Of a stretch of 64,000 nt of DNA, positions 58,102-64,000 are shown piece by piece. The notes under the pieces are model-generated. The model was given only the letters and a program-made list of their open reading frames with translations. It was not told the origin of the DNA and did no database searches. Source of the stretch: Candidatus Thermosaccharophagus tengchongensis. GTDB taxonomy: Bacteria > Armatimonadota > Fervidibacteria > Fervidibacterales > Thermosaccharophagaceae. The position numbers and the translations under genes are program-made. Numbering within the stretch: the first letter of the stretch is position 1; every line of letters starts with the position of its first letter. The DNA lies in the NCBI GenBank assembly GCA_032161105.1, contig JAVHTD010000001.1; one strand, written 5' to 3'.

Positions 58102-60936
58102 TTAGCCGCTTGGCTGAGTTGATGCCAGTATGTAAAGCCACTTTAACAGCTTGTCGCGCCTGATCGGCTCATTCGGGTTAAAGTTTAAGAGCTCCCCGAA
58201 GTGCTTCAGCAGTTCCTCTTCGGTGCGCTTAAAGCACTTTGAGAGCCATCTTATGACATCACCCGTTGTTGGGTTGGCGCCCGCTGTGGCAAATGGTTCG
58301 TAGTATGGCGGCGGGAAGAGATTTGAGAAGCGTTGCAGGATGGTCGTCACGGTTAAACTGTCAAGCGCATCCCTCAGGCGCGCCTCATATGTTTCAAAGA
58401 ACCCGCGCACGGCGAAGAACTGTGCCGCTGCAAATTCAATTCCCCACTTTGATGGCATGTCAAAGAAGAAGGCAATAACCTGCCCCTGCTCAAGCAGCGA
58501 GCGTTGCAGCTTATCAATTGGCACCTTGCGAGTTGAGCCATAAACGAGCGCCATGCCGGCTGCAGTGCCAGCTGCTTGACCGAGTGCCATCCACACCGGC
58601 TCAAGGCGCAGCGTCCCAAATCCTATGTGTGTTGCTGATACGGCAACGCAAACGAGCAGTCCCTCAAGCTCGCCCTTTGGCAAACCATCTTCACCCCTCG
58701 CATTTGGAAGCATCACACGATAGGGGATGTGTGATGGGACAGTTATGTTCGGCAGGTAGAAGAAGCCCTCGTGGATGTATGGCGCAAGCGTATCCCTTGG
58801 GGTGCATGCATGGCTGTCAATCGGGTATTCAGCAACGGCTATGCTATCCTCATGTGTTGGCGCCCTTTTCCCCGGTGCCTGCGGGCGCGCATCCCTCTCG
58901 GTGAAGATGTAGTCACCGATTATGCGCCTTGCCTCCCTCACATAAAGCTGTGGTGGGAAGTTGTCGTTGTCTTCAAATTCATCCAACGCCAACCCCCAAT
59001 GTGACGCAGCTGTGCGAAACCAATCCGGAAGGCGCTCATCCGTCTGCAGGAAATAGAAAAGCCCGAGGATATAGTTTCGGTGTGCCGTTGCAATCTCCTC
59101 CCGCTTATCCCAGTCGGCTTCCGGGTAATCGTAGTTCATGCCGATGAAATCGGTTGACGGAAACGGACCCGGCGTGTTGTTTGCATCAAATTTGAGCTGC
59201 GGCAATTTGACGAGGCTGACAACCTCCATCGGATGCCACAGGACTCCGTCTTTCACCCTCGTTGCAATTTCGGCGTATCGTTGTGGGTCGTAATCTGGCG
59301 GAGCTGTCGCAGGACGCCTGTTATCGGGACGCCTCGTCAATGTCAACCTGTAATTGTATGCTTGGACTTTCTTATCGCCCTCGTGTCTTCCGAAGGTCAC
59401 CTGCCTCGTGAGTGAGTCCCAGAAAACCTCACCCGCGAATTCTTCATTGAATTCAAACCTGCCCTCGCGCCCAACCCTGTATGCAGCACCAGCCAACGCA
59501 GCCAAGTCACCCTCATAAGTGGCATCAATGAAAACTTGTGCGTGCATTCGCCAACGCAACCCTCTAACTCTATCATCAAGCAAAATCCCGACGACCCTGT
59601 TGCCATCCTTTAAGACGCCACCGAGTTCCTGCATGAGGTATATGTCGGGCTGTATGGGCGGCGTTGAGAGCATCATCCAGAATACCTGCTCAGCCACTTT
59701 CGGCTCAAATATATAGCCACCCTGACACTGGCGGTGTTGTGACGAACCTTCACCATACGCTTCCTTGTAGAAGCGCTCAACATGCGAAACGAACTCGGCA
59801 AACAGCCCCCCGGAAGCCTGCCTGTAGCGCCTATCGGTCGCTGATAGTCCTGATGTCATCATTCCGCCGATGTGTTTTGTCCTTTCAACAAGCGCAACAT
59901 TCCAACCCCTCCTTGCGAGCGTTATTGCCGCAGCTATTCCAGCTGGCGTTGCACCCACGACAACGCACTCATAATCTGCAACCAACTTCACCGGTGTCCC
60001 CTTGAGCGATGGGCGCGGCTGTGGAAGCGTCATGGAGGCATCTGACCATGATGGTAAGCTCTCTGCGGCGTCGGAGAGTGCTGTCACAAAGTAGCTGTAT
60101 CCCTCATTTGGGTTAACCGTCTTGTCCTCCCATTGGAGGGTGGCGGCGGACACCTCGGCTATCTGCTCTCCGCGCCTATAAATGCGATACAGCTGGACAT
60201 CGGTTGCTTCCGGCGGCTGCCACTTTAAAATGAGCTTTCCATCTCCCGGTTTGACGCTCAATGACCTTGGTGCATTCGGTAGAGCTCCAACCCTTATCGT
60301 CGGCTCGCTGACATAAATTTGACTCCCATCACTCTCGCCGTTGAAAAGGAAGAAGCAGCTGAGCTCATCAACCGTGCTGAGGAATGGGAGCAACTCGCTC
60401 CGCTCTATTTCCCCTGTGCCAACCCTTGAGAGCCGAATCCTGTATGCGCCTATAGTTGGGTCTGCGACTATGCGCACAGTTATCCATTCGTCGCTCGGGA
60501 ATTTAATTGTGGTCACCCAAGAGAACGAACTTCGCCATGTGAACCAGTTTCCGATGTCTCGCTGCGCTATGTAACCCGACGAGCCGAAGATTAGCCTAAC
60601 CGCCTCATTCACCCAATGAGTTGGCGCGCCTTTACTCAACCCAAACACTAACCCGCGCATCCCGCTGCTTGGCGTCCTGACGACAAATTCAATTTCAACA
60701 ACCTTCCTTGTGGGCTCAAATGACATGAGCAAGTAGTGTGCGTCCTTTGTGCGTGTCTGCGTTTGCCAGCCACTTAGCTCACCAATTGGTGTGGCAAGCC
60801 TTGTCGGCACCCATTGCCCGAGTGCCGGGTTGCCAGCCTCGTCAGTCTCGGTCCATTGAGCGTATGCCGTTGGCAACCATGCCAGCGTTGATAGCAGTGT
60901 TGTGATAGCCATGTGCTTTAATTTCACTCCGCTCAC
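58102..60936 (-). CDS. Secreted FAD-dependent oxidoreductase with N-terminal beta-sandwich and Fn3 domains
   Basis: Signal peptide ending AYA; Fn3-like P.AP..LKW..YRIYR..Y.Y.VTA; VVGATPAGIAAA, IDATYEGDL, YVREARR, SATHIGFGTLRLEPVWM. Confidence 0.8.
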   Translation of the reverse strand: MSGVKLKHMAITTLLSTLAWLPTAYAQWTETDEAGNPALGQWVPTRLATPIGELSGWQTQTRTKDAHYLLMSFEPTRKVVEIEFVVRTPSSGMRGLVFGLSKGAPTHWVNEAVRLIFGSSGYIAQRDIGNWFTWRSSFSWVTTIKFPSDEWITVRIVADPTIGAYRIRLSRVGTGEIERSELLPFLSTVDELSCFFLFNGESDGSQIYVSEPTIRVGALPNAPRSLSVKPGDGKLILKWQPPEATDVQLYRIYRRGEQIAEVSAATLQWEDKTVNPNEGYSYFVTALSDAAESLPSWSDASMTLPQPRPSLKGTPVKLVADYECVVVGATPAGIAAAITLARRGWNVALVERTKHIGGMMTSGLSATDRRYRQASGGLFAEFVSHVERFYKEAYGEGSSQHRQCQGGYIFEPKVAEQVFWMMLSTPPIQPDIYLMQELGGVLKDGNRVVGILLDDRVRGLRWRMHAQVFIDATYEGDLAALAGAAYRVGREGRFEFNEEFAGEVFWDSLTRQVTFGRHEGDKKVQAYNYRLTLTRRPDNRRPATAPPDYDPQRYAEIATRVKDGVLWHPMEVVSLVKLPQLKFDANNTPGPFPSTDFIGMNYDYPEADWDKREEIATAHRNYILGLFYFLQTDERLPDWFRTAASHWGLALDEFEDNDNFPPQLYVREARRIIGDYIFTERDARPQAPGKRAPTHEDSIAVAEYPIDSHACTPRDTLAPYIHEGFFYLPNITVPSHIPYRVMLPNARGEDGLPKGELEGLLVCVAVSATHIGFGTLRLEPVWMALGQAAGTAAGMALVYGSTRKVPIDKLQRSLLEQGQVIAFFFDMPSKWGIEFAAAQFFAVRGFFETYEARLRDALDSLTVTTILQRFSNLFPPPYYEPFATAGANPTTGDVIRWLSKCFKRTEEELLKHFGELLNFNPNEPIRRDKLLKWLYILASTQPSG

Positions 60937-61115
60937 CCCGCTTCAACTATGCTGCATTTATGGCATGACCAACGGCTCACGCCTGCAACCTTACTGCCAT
61001 TAGTATGCCTGCAGGCGCAATCCCGTGTGAGAAGCGAGTTCACATCCCATGTGCCGCAGTGTATCCCTTGAGGTGTGCTCTCAGGGGCATTTAAACGCAG
61101 TCTGCGCCTTTAACC

Positions 61116-64000
61116 TCACTTGCGCCACTCATATTCCCACTTAACTACCCTCTCATTTCCGGCGCCATCCCTAACCCTCAATTCAATGGCGTGTTTTCCT
61201 GCCGGCAGCCTTGAGATGTCAATGAGCACATCCTCGTTCTTTGAGTCAAACACCCCATCGCCGCATGCTGCCGCTATCCACTCGCCACCATCAATTCGGT
61301 ATTCGGCGCTCGCAATGAATGTGGTTGCATCATAGCAGCGCACTTTCTTTGGTGGCTCAGTTAGCCTTTCTCCGGGAACTGGATGCCACACCTCTGGAGG
61401 TGTGTTGTCAACTATGACCGGGTGAACAACGCGCTCTGTTTGTTTTGCGTCAACTGGATTGGATATGCTGTCGCTTGCGACAACACGGATGTAGTAGATT
61501 CCGTCCCTGACCTTTGTCGTATCCCAACTTATCTCGCTCTTCGTTGTGGCTGCATCTTGAGGCTTCTCAGTTTGCGCCTTTTGTTCTGCCTCCTTATCCT
61601 TTTCCTTTGTTGGCTTTGGTTCCTCAATGCTCACCCAACTTGTGCCGTCTAAGGAGTATTGGACTTCAAAGGAGAGTCTGTCCTTGTCGGGGTCTTTCCC
61701 ATCCCATTGCACCTTGTAAGTTCCCGAAATGATGGCTCCGGGCGTCGGTTGCTTGATGGTGAGTTCGGGCGGGCGATTCTGGGGCATGTAGGTCAATTCA
61801 ACCCGCTTGAGGTTTGGCGACTTTCCGTCATCGCTCATGTATAGCTTGGCGCGGAACTGAATGTATCTTGCTGGCGGGCTGCTCACGATTGCCCCGCTCA
61901 TTGGGTATGGCTCACTCCAGTTGCTCCAAGAGCCATCCGGCACTGCTGTATTTCCGCTCCTCGTTTCAATGACGACGGAGCTGCCGTCGGGCACATCCGC
62001 ATACCACCGTATTGCACCCCATCGTGCAACTGTGCCAGCGTCCTTCACAGGCGATTCGTATACTACCCACTCACGCTTGCTCGGATAAAAGCTAAGGACT
62101 CCTCCACCACCTGCGATGGTCGCAAAGAGCTTGCCACCAGGGATTGCAGCAATGCTGGTTACGAATGCCTCATTACCCTTGTATAGCTGTTCAACGGAGC
62201 CATCGGCGTCAACTTGATAAAGCTTGACCTTCGGACAGACAGCTGCAATCACATGCCTGCCATATCTCGCCATCGCAAAGACATGCTTTCCATCAAGCTT
62301 GCTCACTTCATTGATAGAGCCATCCTTTCGGAGGATGTATATCCTTGCCTGCCCGGCAGTTCCGACATACAGGTTCCCGCCATCATCTAATGCCATGCAT
62401 TGGACCGTCGCCGATGGCGCTTCAAAAACGGAATGCACCCTCCCCAACGAATCAATCCTATAAACCCTCCCCTTTGGGTTTGTCCCGACATAAACGCCAT
62501 CGCCATCCACCGCCATCGCAATTGCGTGTCTATCCGGCAACTCAGCAAAGAGGGAAAGCTCTCCCTTCATCACGCGATAGATTCGCCCGTTTGGTCCTGT
62601 GGCTATCAGGACACCATCATCTTTGTGCATAGCCAGCGCCCATGGGTGTTCACCCTTCAAATCGGCAATAAGTTTCCGTTCGCCATCACTGATGCGGTAG
62701 ACTTTGCCAGACGGAACCAATCCGCAATACAGGCTTCCATCACCGCTCACCATCAAGCTCAACACGCCAACTTCATCCGACCACTCCGCGAGGATTGCGC
62801 GCTTACCATTGGGGTCAATCTTTAAAACCCTTGCTGGCATCCATGTGCCAGCGTATATGTTGCCCGAGGCATCCGCAGCACATACCCAAGTGCACAGCTC
62901 CTCTGGATTGTAAATAGCCTCGCTGGCTAAACCGAGTTTGAGCTTCCCATCGGTAGTTATTGAGACGCCCTTGAACTCGCCCTTCACAAATTCCTCAAAC
63001 TTGTCTACAACCCAAACTTGCGGAGCCCTTGCAAGCGCCTGAGTTCGCCCCGGTGGCGTTGGTGGTGCTTCCACTGCTGGCTTTGTAAGCTTGCCCACTT
63101 CAAGGGCTTCAACCTCCTCCCATGATGGCATTGGCGGTGGCGTTTCCTTATCCAGCTGCTTTTTGCCCTGCCCTTGGGATTGCAATTGTTCAGCATCTTG
63201 CGGGGCTTCGTCATCCGCATCATTCGTTGATTGTTTTTTATCCCAGTCGCCCATAGCCCTGCTTTCGTCGCCTGCTGATACTGCTGCCAAGTCCAAGACG
63301 ATTTCATTGTCGCTCGGGAAGAAGCTCATAGCAGCCGCGCGTGCCCTTGCGGCGACCATCTCAACCCAGTCAATGAAGCTCCCTACACCGCTGTGGACAA
63401 ATTCATCAAACAGCCCATTGTGCACATCCCGAATGTGGCGTGGCATTGCGAAGGCTGCGCCTTCAGGTCCGCCCTCCGAAGATGCGCCTTCGCTTGGTGG
63501 CGGTGTTTCAGTTGGCACAGGCGGTCTGAATGGCTCCTCTTTCTCCCTCTCTTTTGACTCAACCCTAATCGTGAGCAGCGCCATCCCCGATATGAGCCAT
63601 TCAACCTTCTCCCTCGTCTCGGTGAAATCGCGTGTCGGTATAACTTTTGATGTGCCCAGACTAACCAGTGCTTCCATCATTGGCGCTGGCAAAGAGCGCA
63701 CCTCTCTACCGTCAAGTTCAACGCCGACCCTTCCAGTGCTCATGCACACAACAAGCTGATCGTTTTGGTAATCGGAGTTGAGCAGCTCAATGAGTTGGTC
63801 AATGTTGTATGCTCTCTGCGGGCGAGCGCCAACTCTCGCCCTTGCCTGCCTTCCTAACATTCCACCACTTATCGCAATCTGTATGACGCCCGGCTTGGCA
63901 GTTGACGGTATCCTCAAATTGAGCTTAAGAGAGTGGAACTTTCCTCCCCTCTCTCTCAACCTCAATGTCACTGGAATGATCTCGCCGGGCTCAGCTTGAG
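61116..64000 (-). CDS. Large multidomain protein (probable SpoIVB/S55-associated region, linker, beta-propeller, Ig-like domains); 5' end beyond window
   Basis: Frame is open to the window edge; repeated G..Y.GT..GRVYRI blades; RSGNT..PD.SWS.WS, RYIQFR, WDTTKV.DG.Y. Confidence 0.65.
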   Translation of the reverse strand, partial: QAEPGEIIPVTLRLRERGGKFHSLKLNLRIPSTAKPGVIQIAISGGMLGRQARARVGARPQRAYNIDQLIELLNSDYQNDQLVVCMSTGRVGVELDGREVRSLPAPMMEALVSLGTSKVIPTRDFTETREKVEWLISGMALLTIRVESKEREKEEPFRPPVPTETPPPSEGASSEGGPEGAAFAMPRHIRDVHNGLFDEFVHSGVGSFIDWVEMVAARARAAAMSFFPSDNEIVLDLAAVSAGDESRAMGDWDKKQSTNDADDEAPQDAEQLQSQGQGKKQLDKETPPPMPSWEEVEALEVGKLTKPAVEAPPTPPGRTQALARAPQVWVVDKFEEFVKGEFKGVSITTDGKLKLGLASEAIYNPEELCTWVCAADASGNIYAGTWMPARVLKIDPNGKRAILAEWSDEVGVLSLMVSGDGSLYCGLVPSGKVYRISDGERKLIADLKGEHPWALAMHKDDGVLIATGPNGRIYRVMKGELSLFAELPDRHAIAMAVDGDGVYVGTNPKGRVYRIDSLGRVHSVFEAPSATVQCMALDDGGNLYVGTAGQARIYILRKDGSINEVSKLDGKHVFAMARYGRHVIAAVCPKVKLYQVDADGSVEQLYKGNEAFVTSIAAIPGGKLFATIAGGGGVLSFYPSKREWVVYESPVKDAGTVARWGAIRWYADVPDGSSVVIETRSGNTAVPDGSWSNWSEPYPMSGAIVSSPPARYIQFRAKLYMSDDGKSPNLKRVELTYMPQNRPPELTIKQPTPGAIISGTYKVQWDGKDPDKDRLSFEVQYSLDGTSWVSIEEPKPTKEKDKEAEQKAQTEKPQDAATTKSEISWDTTKVRDGIYYIRVVASDSISNPVDAKQTERVVHPVIVDNTPPEVWHPVPGERLTEPPKKVRCYDATTFIASAEYRIDGGEWIAAACGDGVFDSKNEDVLIDISRLPAGKHAIELRVRDGAGNERVVKWEYEWRK

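Noticed and set aside
58020..58110. Integrative element at tRNA-Pro
   Set aside because: I saw no integrase and no duplicated tRNA 3' end within the window.

Overview
Gene-dense bacterial chromosomal segment (about 50-53% GC by eye). The gene content suggests a thermophile, possibly Armatimonadota, but that lineage call is inference only. The main feature is a ~16 kb + strand operon (1376-17329) for a membrane-bound group 4 (Hyf/Hyc-like) [NiFe]-hydrogenase, preceded by a sigma54-type promoter motif. Its catalytic subunit is split in the ORF track by two in-frame TGA codons that fall exactly on both Cys of the N-terminal Ni-binding motif (RI-U-GI-U-GFIH). A SECIS-like hairpin follows immediately. 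This points to a double-selenocysteine (UxxU) hydrogenase, a configuration I do not know from described [NiFeSe] enzymes. The operon also encodes a degenerate FDH-like subunit, an AsrA/AsrB (HydB/HydG)-like NAD(P)-linked pair, a HycI protease, a WD40 protein and a heptad-repeat protein. The rest is mostly housekeeping: iolB, pfkA, trpS-scpA-scpB, queA, a complete F1Fo atp operon, murA-mreB, iscS-nadA-iscU-larE-rrf2-ubiquitin-like sulfur carrier, rtcB, menG/ubiE, yqeY-phoH-pgpH-ybeY, tRNA-Pro(CGG) and several large envelope proteins. I saw no CRISPR array, rRNA or mobile element. Family assignments come from motif recognition; no searches were run.
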